Assembly: GCA_964592915.1 (NCBI GenBank)
Contig: CAZQGH010000002.1
Coordinates: 6,435-70,434, forward strand
Reading direction: 5' to 3'
Source of the DNA: Candidatus Woesearchaeota archaeon
GTDB lineage: Archaea > Nanobdellota > Nanobdellia > Pacearchaeales > GW2011-AR1
DNA length: 64,000 nt
Shown here: positions 50,170 through 59,277 of the stretch, in pieces
Numbering within the stretch: position 1 is the first letter of the stretch
How the letters are laid out: every line of letters starts with the position of its first letter
Program-made: the position numbers and the translations under genes
The notes under the pieces: generated by a model
The model's database searches: none
What the model saw: only the letters and a program-made list of their open reading frames with translations
Told to the model about the DNA's origin: nothing

Positions 50170-50739
50170 ATGGAAGAGCATAATAAAAAAAAGGATTTAA
50201 AAGAGATTAATGTGAATTCTAAGACGATTGAAGAATTGGAAGACCAGTCGGGTAATCTAAAAAAAATAGAAGCTTCTTTATTCATAGCTGGAAGATATCT
50301 AAGTTTGAAGGATTTAATCACTTTAACAGATATCAATCCTATTTTACTAAAAGAATTATTAGAGAGATTAGTTGAAAAATATGAAAGTGATAATACTGCG
50401 ATAACAATTGTGAAAAAACAAGATTCATGGAAAATGGATGTTAAATCAGAGTATACAAGTTTCATTAATAAATTAGCAACAGGCTCAGCAGAATTTACAA
50501 AAGCTGAGCAGGAAACTCTGGCTATCATAGCATATAAACAACCAGTCAAGCAATCAGTAGTTGTTAAGATAAGAGGAAATAAAGCTTATGACCATATTAG
50601 GAATTTTATTAAGTTAGGTTTGGTAAAAGCAAAAAAAGCAGGACATACAAAAGAATTAAATTTATCTGAGGAATTTTATGACTATTTCCACATAAGGAAA
50701 TCTAATTTTAATAATTCGCATTCTGAAGAGTCTGAGTAA
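50170..50739 (+). CDS. scpB: SMC-Scp complex subunit ScpB
   Basis: IEASLF, ETLAIIAYKQPV, IRG..AY.HI..L..GLV, F.DYF. Confidence 0.9.
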   Translation: MEEHNKKKDLKEINVNSKTIEELEDQSGNLKKIEASLFIAGRYLSLKDLITLTDINPILLKELLERLVEKYESDNTAITIVKKQDSWKMDVKSEYTSFINKLATGSAEFTKAEQETLAIIAYKQPVKQSVVVKIRGNKAYDHIRNFIKLGLVKAKKAGHTKELNLSEEFYDYFHIRKSNFNNSHSEESE

Positions 50740-50740
50740 A

Positions 50741-51979
50741 ATGGAATGGTTATCTTATGTTTATTTTTTGTATATGTTTATAGGATTATATCTTGCTTTG
50801 TTTTATATAATTATTTATTTAAAAAACAGGAAAAACATGTTTGATTATCCCAGACTGACTGAAAGTTATCCCCTGAGTATTGTTATTCCTTGTTATAATG
50901 AAGAGAAATTTATTGGAAATACAATTCAGAGAATATTAGATTCTGATTATAAAGGACTGAAAAAGGTTATAGTGGTAGATGATTGTTCAACAGATAATTC
51001 ATATGAATTCATCAAAAAAATAGCAGAAAAAAATGATAAAGTATTAGCAGTTCAAACGCCAGAAAACACAGGAAATGCTGCAGGCGCAAAAAATTTTGGT
51101 TCTAATTTTGTTGAAACAGAATTAATTGGTTTTACAGATGCGGATTCTTTTCCTGAAAAAGATGCAATAAGTAAGATGGTGGGTTACTTTGACAGAGAAA
51201 AAGTAGGTGCTGTTACATGCTCAATTTTTGTTAAAAATACAAAGAGATTTTTCACTAAATTACAAGCTATTGAATATGCAACAATAATATGGTCAAGGAA
51301 ATTATTAGGGTATGTTGATGCTATCTATGTAACTCCAGGGCCATTAGCTATTTATAGAAAAAAAGTTTTTGAAGAAATTGGGAAGTTTGATGAAAAAAAC
51401 TTAACTGAGGACATTGAAATGACCTGGAGATTAGCAAAATATGGATATAAACGTGAGTTAAGTGTTCCAGCCAGAGTATGGACATATGCGCCTGAAAAAT
51501 TTAAGCAGTGGTGGAAACAGAGAATAAGATGGAATGTAGGAGGAATCCAGACAATAAATAAGTATAAACAATATTTTCTTAAAAAAGGAACTTTAGGATT
51601 TTTCATACTTCCTTTTTTTATTGTTTCATTGTCTTTAGGTTTGGTGGGTTTGTCAATTTTTGTTTATCTGATTTTAAGGAGGATTTATTTTACATATATA
51701 TTTACTAACCTGTCTTTTTCAGCTAATACTTCTTTGTTAACTTTAGAAGAGTTTTATATTACTCCTTCAATTTTAAATTATTTTGGGATTAGCTTATTTT
51801 TATTAGGATTAGCATTTACTCTTTTTGCCTTAAATATGATGAGAAAGCAAAAAGTGAAAAAAGTAGGTTTTTTTACACTAATAGTGTATATGGTGGTTTA
51901 TTTAACATTGTATCCGATAATCTTATTAACTTCAGTTTATAAGTTTGCAAGAGGAACAGGCACATGGGGGACAAAATAA
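50741..51979 (+). CDS. processive GT2 glycosyltransferase (cellulose synthase/IcaA-like)
   Basis: IPCYNEE, DD.STD, DAD, LTED, QRIRW; flanking TM segments. Confidence 0.92.
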   Translation: MEWLSYVYFLYMFIGLYLALFYIIIYLKNRKNMFDYPRLTESYPLSIVIPCYNEEKFIGNTIQRILDSDYKGLKKVIVVDDCSTDNSYEFIKKIAEKNDKVLAVQTPENTGNAAGAKNFGSNFVETELIGFTDADSFPEKDAISKMVGYFDREKVGAVTCSIFVKNTKRFFTKLQAIEYATIIWSRKLLGYVDAIYVTPGPLAIYRKKVFEEIGKFDEKNLTEDIEMTWRLAKYGYKRELSVPARVWTYAPEKFKQWWKQRIRWNVGGIQTINKYKQYFLKKGTLGFFILPFFIVSLSLGLVGLSIFVYLILRRIYFTYIFTNLSFSANTSLLTLEEFYITPSILNYFGISLFLLGLAFTLFALNMMRKQKVKKVGFFTLIVYMVVYLTLYPIILLTSVYKFARGTGTWGTK

Positions 51980-52647
51980 TGTTAAAGAAAAATAAAAATG
52001 CTTTTTGGCAGGCACTTCTTTTAGCTTTGGCAATATTTGCAGTAGGAATTTTTCTAGGATTTATTTTGGAAAGCTCAAGAGTTGACAGGATTGCAGAATT
52101 ATCTGAAATATCTGAATTAAATTTGCTGGATGTTAAACTTCAGTCTGAGTTATACACTTCATTTCCAGATGAAATTGATTGTGGTGTAGCAATTGAAGAA
52201 AATATAAGATTTGCCGATAGGGTTTATGAAGAAGCTAAATTATTAGACAGATATGAAACAGCAGCAAGAATTTCACGAGATATACAACTGCAGCATAAAA
52301 GATATGATTTGTTAAGAACAATGTTTTGGTTAAATAGCATAAAATTAAAAAAGGAGTGTGATGCAGATTTTCATACTGTGACTTATTTTTATCAGTATAA
52401 TGAACCAGGAGTTGAAAAATCAGCTGAACAGGCTGTATTTTCCAATTTATTAAGGGATTTAAAAGAAAACAGAGGAAGCGAAATAATGCTTATACCCATT
52501 GCAGCTGACAACAATATTACTTCAGTTGAAATCCTTATGGATTCTTATGGGGTTACAGAATTACCTTCAATTTTAATCGATGAAGAAGTTATAATTGCTG
52601 AAGTTATAGATTTTGAACAACTAATGGAGATTATTGATAATATGTAG
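51979..52647 (+). CDS. membrane-anchored protein with a thioredoxin-like C-terminus
   Basis: N-terminal TM; YGVTELPSILID; TAATG coupling with the GT2 gene. Confidence 0.65.
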   Translation: MLKKNKNAFWQALLLALAIFAVGIFLGFILESSRVDRIAELSEISELNLLDVKLQSELYTSFPDEIDCGVAIEENIRFADRVYEEAKLLDRYETAARISRDIQLQHKRYDLLRTMFWLNSIKLKKECDADFHTVTYFYQYNEPGVEKSAEQAVFSNLLRDLKENRGSEIMLIPIAADNNITSVEILMDSYGVTELPSILIDEEVIIAEVIDFEQLMEIIDNM

Positions 52648-52691
52648 TCAAGCATAGAAAATAATAAAAATATCCTTTCTTTTAAATAAAC

Positions 52692-53390
52692 ATGGAACAA
52701 TGCAAAATATGTGAAACACCTGAAACTCAAATTAGATTGTTTGATGGAATACACAATGATGAGATGGTTAAGATATGCGAAGAGTGTGCGAGACAAGAAG
52801 GAATTGTCATGATAAAAAAGCCTTCTACAAAACAGTTGAAAAATGCTGAAAAACCATATTCTGTATATGAAAGGTTAGCTAGAGTGTCCGGAGTTGGTGT
52901 TGCTGATAAAGACAAGAAAAAAGAGGAAATTAAAAAAATAGCAACTTTAGAGGGTTTAAGAAAGGGAAAAAAAGAAGAAAAAGCTGAAACAGAAGCAGAA
53001 ATGAAATTAGTAGATAATTTTCACTGGAAAATATTAAATGCCCGGAGAAAAAAGAAATTAAGTATAAAACAGTTATCTGAATTGCTATATGAAAGCGAAG
53101 AAGCAATTAAAATGCTGGAATCTGGCAAAATTCCTGAAGAATCTGGAAAACTAATTGCGAAGTTAGAACAGTATTTTCAGATAAATCTTAGAGTGGAAAA
53201 GCCTCTTGAAGAAGAAATTAATATAGATGAAATTTCATTTAAAAAAGATAATTTAAGAAATTTAACTATTGGCAAACTGAGAAAACTGCAAAAATCCAGA
53301 GAAAAACCTAAAAAAGTTTCAGCTCAAGAAATAGTTAATGAAACTAAAAAAAACTCGGATTTAGTAGGAGATGACATAGAATTAGGATAA
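52692..53390 (+). CDS. aMBF1-like Zn-ribbon + Cro/C1 HTH protein
   Basis: C..C...C..C; LVDNF..KILNARRKKKLS.KQL...ESGK. Confidence 0.75.
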   Translation: MEQCKICETPETQIRLFDGIHNDEMVKICEECARQEGIVMIKKPSTKQLKNAEKPYSVYERLARVSGVGVADKDKKKEEIKKIATLEGLRKGKKEEKAETEAEMKLVDNFHWKILNARRKKKLSIKQLSELLYESEEAIKMLESGKIPEESGKLIAKLEQYFQINLRVEKPLEEEINIDEISFKKDNLRNLTIGKLRKLQKSREKPKKVSAQEIVNETKKNSDLVGDDIELG

Positions 53391-53454
53391 ATTGAATTAA
53401 ATTTTATTTTTTAAAATTAAAAACATTTATAAATGAAATATTTTTTGGTTTAGT

Positions 53455-53718
53455 ATGAACATCGAGATTGTTAAAAATGAAAAAAATGAATTGGAAGTCA
53501 AATTGGATAATCTAACTGTAGCTGAGATTCTAAGAGAATACTTAAACAAAGATTCTGATGTTGAATTAGCTGCATGGAAGAGAGAACATTATGAAAGGCC
53601 TCTTTTATTTAAAATCAAAACAAAAGGAAAGAAAGCCAAGAAAGCATTAGATGATGCTGTTGAAGCAGTAAAAAAAGATGCAGATGAGATAGTTAAGGAA
53701 GTTAAAAAAGCCAAATAA
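53455..53718 (+). CDS. rpoL: RNA polymerase subunit Rpo11 (L)
   Basis: LT.AE.LR..L.KD.DVE.AAW..EH...P...I.T.G. Confidence 0.85.
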   Translation: MNIEIVKNEKNELEVKLDNLTVAEILREYLNKDSDVELAAWKREHYERPLLFKIKTKGKKAKKALDDAVEAVKKDADEIVKEVKKAK

Positions 53719-54378
53719 TTATCTCTTAAATAACTCGTTTTTTATATCTTTAACATATTTTCTTGCAAGATGCATTGGTTCTGGAAATTTATGAGGAGGA
53801 ATTATGAATTTATTTGTCAGCTCCAATGCTGTTTTTATAGAAATAAAATTTCCAGGAGAAATATAAAGGGGTTTTGAACCTTTTTTGCTATGCAAAATTT
53901 TGCCTGCAACTTTTCCGTTTAGTAAAACATCATTACCTTTTTCTTCCCCAGCTAGTAATGAATCTGTAACACCCACTACAGGAGTTTGGGTGACTAATGA
54001 GAAATGTGAAGCTAATCCTAATCTTGGATGCAATAAGCCATTACCATGAACAAATATTACATCAGGCTTTTCATCTAGTTTATGGAAAGCTTCAGTCATA
54101 CTAGGTAATTCTCTGTAAGCTCTAAATCCTGAAATGTAAGGAAACCTTAAATTGCCAGAAAAATATTCCTGATGCAGGATTTCCATTTTTGGGTTTACCA
54201 CAATTATTCCTGAAACAATTTTGTTCTTATAAAAACCATTTTCAATTGAGGCAATCCTATCAGCTAATTTAAAATCAATTTTATCTTTTAAATGTAATTG
54301 CTTAGCTAATTTTTTCTGTTCTTTTTCTAGTTTTTTCAAATCTATATCAAATTTTTTAGCTAATTCCTCTTTTACCAT
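53719..54378 (-). CDS. nfi: endonuclease V homologue with degenerate catalytic residues
   Basis: FPYISGFRAYRELP, G.LHPRLGLASH, PLYISPG, PEP. Confidence 0.85.
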   Translation of the reverse strand: MVKEELAKKFDIDLKKLEKEQKKLAKQLHLKDKIDFKLADRIASIENGFYKNKIVSGIIVVNPKMEILHQEYFSGNLRFPYISGFRAYRELPSMTEAFHKLDEKPDVIFVHGNGLLHPRLGLASHFSLVTQTPVVGVTDSLLAGEEKGNDVLLNGKVAGKILHSKKGSKPLYISPGNFISIKTALELTNKFIIPPHKFPEPMHLARKYVKDIKNELFKR

Positions 54379-54448
54379 AATTTAATCAGTGTTTTAGTAT
54401 TAAAAAAGTTATGGTAAGATTTTTAAACCTTCCTTTTTTCCAAATAAT

Positions 54449-55099
54449 ATGTTTAATAAAAAGTGTACTTCTTGTGGTGAAGAATTAGAAAATGATTTTA
54501 GATTTTGTCCTTATTGTGGAGCAAGTTTAAAAAAAGAAGAAGATAGAAGAAACTATGGTTTATTAGGGAGAGATGATGATATTGATTTTAGAGATTTTAG
54601 ATTGCCTTTTGGTTTTAATGGAATCTTTAAAAAATTAGTAAAGGAGTTGAACAAACAAATAAAAAACTCAAATTCCGGTTTTGGACAAGACAATAATATG
54701 AATTTTAAAAAAGGGATAAGAATCAACATAAGTTCTTCTGGGGAAGAGCCGAAAATAAGAGTTAATGAAATAGGGAATAAGAAAAAAAATAAAAAAAAGT
54801 CAGCTGTTATCAAAAATAGAACAATATCTCCAGAAAAAATGAAAAAATTTAGGGAATTGCCGAAATTAGAACCAGAAACAAATGTGAGAAGGTTAAGCAA
54901 TAAACTGGTTTATGAAATTGATTTGCCTGGAGTTAATAGTCTAAAAGATGTTTTGATTAACAGATTGGAGAACAGTATTGAAATTAAAGCATTGTCAAAG
55001 AAAAAAGCTTTTTCAAAAATAATTCCTGTGAATTTGCCTTTAGTCAGGTATAATTTAGAAAAAGGAAAATTAATTCTTGAGTTAAAACCAAAAAATTAG
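54449..55099 (+). CDS. zinc-ribbon + Hsp20-like domain protein
   Basis: C..CG......FCPYCG; EPET.V, YEIDLPGV, SIEIKA, GKLILEL. Confidence 0.75.
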   Translation: MFNKKCTSCGEELENDFRFCPYCGASLKKEEDRRNYGLLGRDDDIDFRDFRLPFGFNGIFKKLVKELNKQIKNSNSGFGQDNNMNFKKGIRINISSSGEEPKIRVNEIGNKKKNKKKSAVIKNRTISPEKMKKFRELPKLEPETNVRRLSNKLVYEIDLPGVNSLKDVLINRLENSIEIKALSKKKAFSKIIPVNLPLVRYNLEKGKLILELKPKN

Positions 55100-55143
55100 T
55101 TTAGAAAGATATTTAAATAATTAATTCTAATAAATAATAAAAG

Positions 55144-56442
55144 ATGGAACAAGTTCGAAAAGAGGACAATAGTAAAACTTTTTTAATCATTGGAATAATA
55201 ATTCTGCTGGTATTAATAATCATTACAGGAATTTATTTGTATACAAATTTTATATTACCATCTCCTCCTGTTCCTGAAATTGTTCCTTCAATTCATCAGT
55301 TTTATGGAAGATTGTTTTATGAAAATGGGAGTTTAATGCCAAATACTCGTTTATATGCCAAGGTTGATGGAGATATTGAAGAAAATGCAGATGTTCTAAC
55401 TGATTCAAACGGAGAGTATGGTTATACTCCTTTATTTTATGTTCAGAATGTTCCAAATGGTTCGACAATTGAGTTTTATGTTGAAGATACTGAAAATCTG
55501 AAAGTTGCTGAGTATAGTTTTTCTGAATTTGAATTAACTCAGCTGGATTTAACTTATGTCGAATCAGGATGTGGAAATAATGTAGTAGAAGCAGAAGAAG
55601 TTTGCGATGGGACTGACTTAAATGGAAAAAATTGCATAACTCAGGGATATGATTCTGGAACATTAAAGTGTTCATCAGATTGTTTAAGTTTTGATACTTC
55701 AGGATGTTCAGTTACTCAGGATGATGGAGGTGGAGGGGGGGGTGGAGGAGGAGGTGGAGGAGGTTCTGGAGCTGCAACATATACTATTTCATCTAGGCAA
55801 TGTGAGGAAGGATATACTAGGACATTAGAAGCAGGAGATAAAATCAGGATACCTTTTGATGGGATATATAAAAATGTTAAAGTCACTGATATAACATCAT
55901 CAAGTGTTGAGCTGATGGTTTATACTATACAGACTAGTCTTAATGCCGGGCAGACTAAAAGATATGATTTAGATATGAACAATGTAAGTGATTTGCAAGT
56001 AAAATTAAACGGAATCTCCAGTGATAATAACGCAAATATTGAAGTTACCTGTATAGAGGAGACTGTAACTACAACGGAGGTATGTATAGATACATGTGGT
56101 TCATTACAATATGAATGTGGTGTCCATACTATTTGCAGTGAAGAAGTAGATTGCGGAACATGCGAAGAAGGAATTTGTCAAGAAGGCAGATGTTTATTAG
56201 ATGAAGAATCACCCCAACAAGAAGACACAGGTTTGCTATTTAAAGTTGTTTTGATTTTAGTAATTGTATTAATAGTTGCTACTATAATCTTCTATGTTCT
56301 AAAATCCAGATTGACACATAAAGAAATTTCAAGTATTAAAGATATGATTACAAATAATAAAGAAACTGGGAAAAGCAAAACTGATAAATCATTAAAATCA
56401 AATAAAAAAAGCAGAAAAAAAAGCAGTAAAAATAAGAAATAA
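55144..56442 (+). CDS. cell-surface protein with Cys-rich modules and poly-Gly linker
   Basis: N- and C-terminal TM segments; CGNNVVE.EEVCDG; poly-Gly run; N-domain paralogous to 57323-58144. Confidence 0.8.
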   Translation: MEQVRKEDNSKTFLIIGIIILLVLIIITGIYLYTNFILPSPPVPEIVPSIHQFYGRLFYENGSLMPNTRLYAKVDGDIEENADVLTDSNGEYGYTPLFYVQNVPNGSTIEFYVEDTENLKVAEYSFSEFELTQLDLTYVESGCGNNVVEAEEVCDGTDLNGKNCITQGYDSGTLKCSSDCLSFDTSGCSVTQDDGGGGGGGGGGGGGSGAATYTISSRQCEEGYTRTLEAGDKIRIPFDGIYKNVKVTDITSSSVELMVYTIQTSLNAGQTKRYDLDMNNVSDLQVKLNGISSDNNANIEVTCIEETVTTTEVCIDTCGSLQYECGVHTICSEEVDCGTCEEGICQEGRCLLDEESPQQEDTGLLFKVVLILVIVLIVATIIFYVLKSRLTHKEISSIKDMITNNKETGKSKTDKSLKSNKKSRKKSSKNKK

Positions 56443-56444
56443 TT

Positions 56445-57203
56445 TCAATTAAAAAAGTAGTTTATAGATTCATTTATATTTTCAACTTCTTTTATCTGAA
56501 TTCCTATTTCCTGACTTATATTCACTTTTTTAGGACGAGTTTCTGTTGAGCATATTTCAGTTGATCCAAATTCCTCGCAATTTTGAATAGTTTCATAAAT
56601 TACATCTCTGTTTTGCAATAGAGGGACAAGAAAAATCCCAGCTCCTGCATTTTTTGCAGCTTTTGCTTTAGAAATTATTTCTGATACTGGTCCAATAGAA
56701 CCATCACTATTTACAGAGCCTGTTATCATAACATTTTCATCTAGCGGAATTTCTAATATTGCTGCAATCGTAGCAATAGTTAAAGCAGCTCCTGCACTTG
56801 GGCCCCCTATAATTGAAGCATTTGCCTTTACTGTATATACAAAATCATATTCATCTAAATCATGGTTGGTTATATTTCCTGCTACCATTTTTGCAATCCT
56901 TATTGAATGCTGAGTATCTGCCCAGAATAATAAATTATCAATTTCTGTTAAAGTTCTTCCTGTTCCTTCTGTTTTTTCAACTTTTAAACTGGTGATTACT
57001 CCGTTGCCATCAGCATCAACTGCTGGCAAAGACATTGTTACTGATGTAGAATTATTAAACGAAATAAATTTTTCTCTGCTAATTTCCTGAATTATTTCTT
57101 CAGGAGGAATAAAAATTAAAAGCAGAAAATTTAAAAATAAAATTATAGATATGATGGTCACAAAAGCTTTCAAAATAAACTTCTTTTCTTGCTTCTTTTC
57201 CAT
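56445..57203 (-). CDS. membrane-anchored Lon-like S16 serine protease (no ATPase domain)
   Basis: GGPSAGAALT (catalytic Ser), ITG.VNSDGSIGPV..I..K..AA (catalytic Lys). Confidence 0.88.
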   Translation of the reverse strand: MEKKQEKKFILKAFVTIISIILFLNFLLLIFIPPEEIIQEISREKFISFNNSTSVTMSLPAVDADGNGVITSLKVEKTEGTGRTLTEIDNLLFWADTQHSIRIAKMVAGNITNHDLDEYDFVYTVKANASIIGGPSAGAALTIATIAAILEIPLDENVMITGSVNSDGSIGPVSEIISKAKAAKNAGAGIFLVPLLQNRDVIYETIQNCEEFGSTEICSTETRPKKVNISQEIGIQIKEVENINESINYFFN

Positions 57204-57322
57204 GTTTAGATTATTTGAACTGTCTATATAAACTTTATCCAAATCCCACTACTTTTTTTAAGTATTTCAATACCATAAGGTTTTTATATTTGTAAACCTA
57301 GATTTAGCAAAAGAGGTTGAAG

Positions 57323-58144
57323 ATGAAGAAGAAAGTTATCCTTATTTTATTATTCTTACTTGTATTTATGATAATCACCATTATCTTTTCAATTTTGTTT
57401 ATTCATGAGTATATATTATTTTTTTCTCCAAGAGCTTCGGCTTTAGATATTCCTGGCGAGGAAATCCCTCCTCCTTCAATTCAGAATTTTTATGGGGAGA
57501 TTTTGTGGCCTAATGGTTCTGTAGTTGATGATGTTCATCTTGTTGAAGCAAGAATTAATGGAGAGATTGTAGAAAACGCAACCAGTATTAATGGCAGTTA
57601 TGGGTATGCTCCTTTGTTTACTATCGAGGATGTACTTGAGGGAACTATAGTAAACTTTTATGTCGATTCTTTTTTTATAGCTGAAACAAAACATGTGAGT
57701 TTTGAGTTTACTAATTTAGATTTAATGCTGCCTGATGTTTGTGGAGATAATTATTGTACTGGAGAGGAGAATTGTGTTAATTGCAGAGAAGATTGTGGCG
57801 CATGCCCTGATGATGGCGGAGGAAGTTCCGGAGGAGGGGGAGGCTCTGGTATTAGTGGAACTGAAGATAATGAGAATCAAACTCAGGTAGTTGGAACTGG
57901 AAAAGCAATTAAAATTAATGATGAAGAGCAAAAAGAAGATGAAGAAGAAACAAAATCAGAAGAAAAACCAAAAACTGAAATAGGAGAGCAATCTCCAATA
58001 ACTGGTTTTACTATTGGCGATAACTTATTGAGAAGAGAAGTTTATATTCCCCTGATTCTGATATTAATGGTAGCTTTAATTTTAGCCATAGTTTCTATTA
58101 TCCGGTTTAAACATAAACATTTGGAAATTAGACCTTATAATTAA
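57323..58144 (+). CDS. cell-surface protein, paralogue of 55144-56442
   Basis: PSI..FYG....NGS, GSYGYAPLF, FYVD, CGDNYC...E.C..C..DCG, Gly linker, C-terminal TM. Confidence 0.8.
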   Translation: MKKKVILILLFLLVFMIITIIFSILFIHEYILFFSPRASALDIPGEEIPPPSIQNFYGEILWPNGSVVDDVHLVEARINGEIVENATSINGSYGYAPLFTIEDVLEGTIVNFYVDSFFIAETKHVSFEFTNLDLMLPDVCGDNYCTGEENCVNCREDCGACPDDGGGSSGGGGGSGISGTEDNENQTQVVGTGKAIKINDEEQKEDEEETKSEEKPKTEIGEQSPITGFTIGDNLLRREVYIPLILILMVALILAIVSIIRFKHKHLEIRPYN

Positions 58145-58150
58145 TTTTAC

Positions 58151-58201
58151 AAACAAGTTAGCTAAATTATCTCCCTATAAAATAATCTAGCTAACTTGTT
58201 T
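58151..58201. terminator. 20-bp stem hairpin between a convergent CDS and the tRNA-Ile 3' end
   Basis: Arms 58151-58170 and 58182-58201 are 19/20 complementary; 11-nt loop. Confidence 0.55.
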
Positions 58202-58203
58202 AA

Positions 58204-58278
58204 TGAGGCTGCACAGATTTGAACTGTGGACCCCTGCCTTATCAGAGCAGTGCTCTAACCTGGCTGAGCTACAGCCTC
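58204..58278 (-). tRNA. tRNA-Ile (GAT)
   Basis: Acceptor GAGGCTG/CAGCCTC; CTGCT-CT GAT AA-GGCAG; T-loop TTCAAAT. Confidence 0.95.
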
Positions 58279-58438
58279 ATATTTGTATGTAGAGATATTT
58301 GATTTATAAAAGTTTTGAAAATTAAAATTTTATTAATTATCTTAGCTATCAATGTTAATGAAAAAAGAGTTGAGAAAAGATTTAATTGTTGTAGCATTAT
58401 CTTTTTTAATTAATCTTTCTAAGCAAAGTATACTGGTT

Positions 58439-58521
58439 ATATCAGGAATGAATTGCGAAAACCAGCTCTCTCAAGAATCACAGATTCTTGGCATGTGGCA
58501 ACACACAGGATTTTTTTGATT
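58439..58521 (+). mobile_element. palindromic element, short copy (B)
   Basis: ATATCAGGAATG..CTCTC-TCAAGAATC aca GATTCTTGG-CATGTGGCAACACACAGGATTTTTTTGATT; both ends match 14757-14926. Confidence 0.7.
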
Positions 58522-58661
58522 TAAACTGCCTCTTTCTGAATATTTAATAACTGGGGAAATCATTTTGTAATAAGTTTTTCTCAAAACAGCAGATTTAGTT
58601 AAGTTTAAAAACTCTCTTTTTGAAAATAAAATATAGTTAATCAAAACTATTAAAATAGAAG

Positions 58662-59225
58662 ATGGCAAAAGGATTATACCATTATTTAAGGCAAGCATGG
58701 AAAAAACCAGATAAAAAGGTTTTAAGAGAAAGAATGATTGAGTGGAGAAAAGGTAAAGCTGCAGAAAAAGTCGAAAAACCTTTAAGATTAGACAGAGCTC
58801 GTTCATTAGGCTATAAAGCTAAAAAAGGTTTTGTAGTAGTGAGAGTGAAGCTAAAAAGAGGAGGAAGAAGCAAGACAAGGCCAAGAAAGGGAAGAAGAAG
58901 CAAAAGAATGACTTCCAGGAAAACCCTGAAGATGAGTTATAAATGGGTGGCAGAGCAGAGAGCACAGAGAAAATTCAAAAATCTGGAAGTATTAAATTCA
59001 TATAAAATTGGCAAGGATGGGAAAAATTATTTTTTTGAAGTTATAATGATTGATACATCAAAACCAGAAATAAAAAATGATAAACAAATTAATTGGATAT
59101 TGAATAAACATACAAAAAGAGCATTAAGGGGTTTAACATCCTCTGCAAAAAAATCAAGAGGACTAAGAAACAAAAAAACAAAAAATCGGCCTTCAGTAAG
59201 AGCCGGAAAAAGAAGAGGCAAATAA
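58662..59225 (+). CDS. rpl15e: 50S ribosomal protein L15e
   Basis: P.RLDRARSLGYKAKKG, AEQRAQRKF.NLEVLNSY, RGLTS. Confidence 0.96.
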   Translation: MAKGLYHYLRQAWKKPDKKVLRERMIEWRKGKAAEKVEKPLRLDRARSLGYKAKKGFVVVRVKLKRGGRSKTRPRKGRRSKRMTSRKTLKMSYKWVAEQRAQRKFKNLEVLNSYKIGKDGKNYFFEVIMIDTSKPEIKNDKQINWILNKHTKRALRGLTSSAKKSRGLRNKKTKNRPSVRAGKRRGK

Positions 59226-59277
59226 TTGTAAACGCGATTTCCAAAAACTTTTTAAATGCTTAAATCTAAGACAAAAC

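Noticed and set aside
55724..55765. G-rich tract as a G-quadruplex or regulatory repeat
   Set aside because: Fully explained as GGN codons of a poly-Gly linker
16102..58278. Integrated provirus or island bounded by tRNA att sites
   Set aside because: No duplicated tRNA 3' ends, integrase or viral genes were seen; housekeeping genes run throughout
58471..58806. Minus-strand 111-aa ORF and other antisense shadow ORFs in the track (e.g. 14684-14899, 55250-55675)
   Set aside because: They overlap well-supported genes or the repeat element on the opposite strand and have non-protein-like composition
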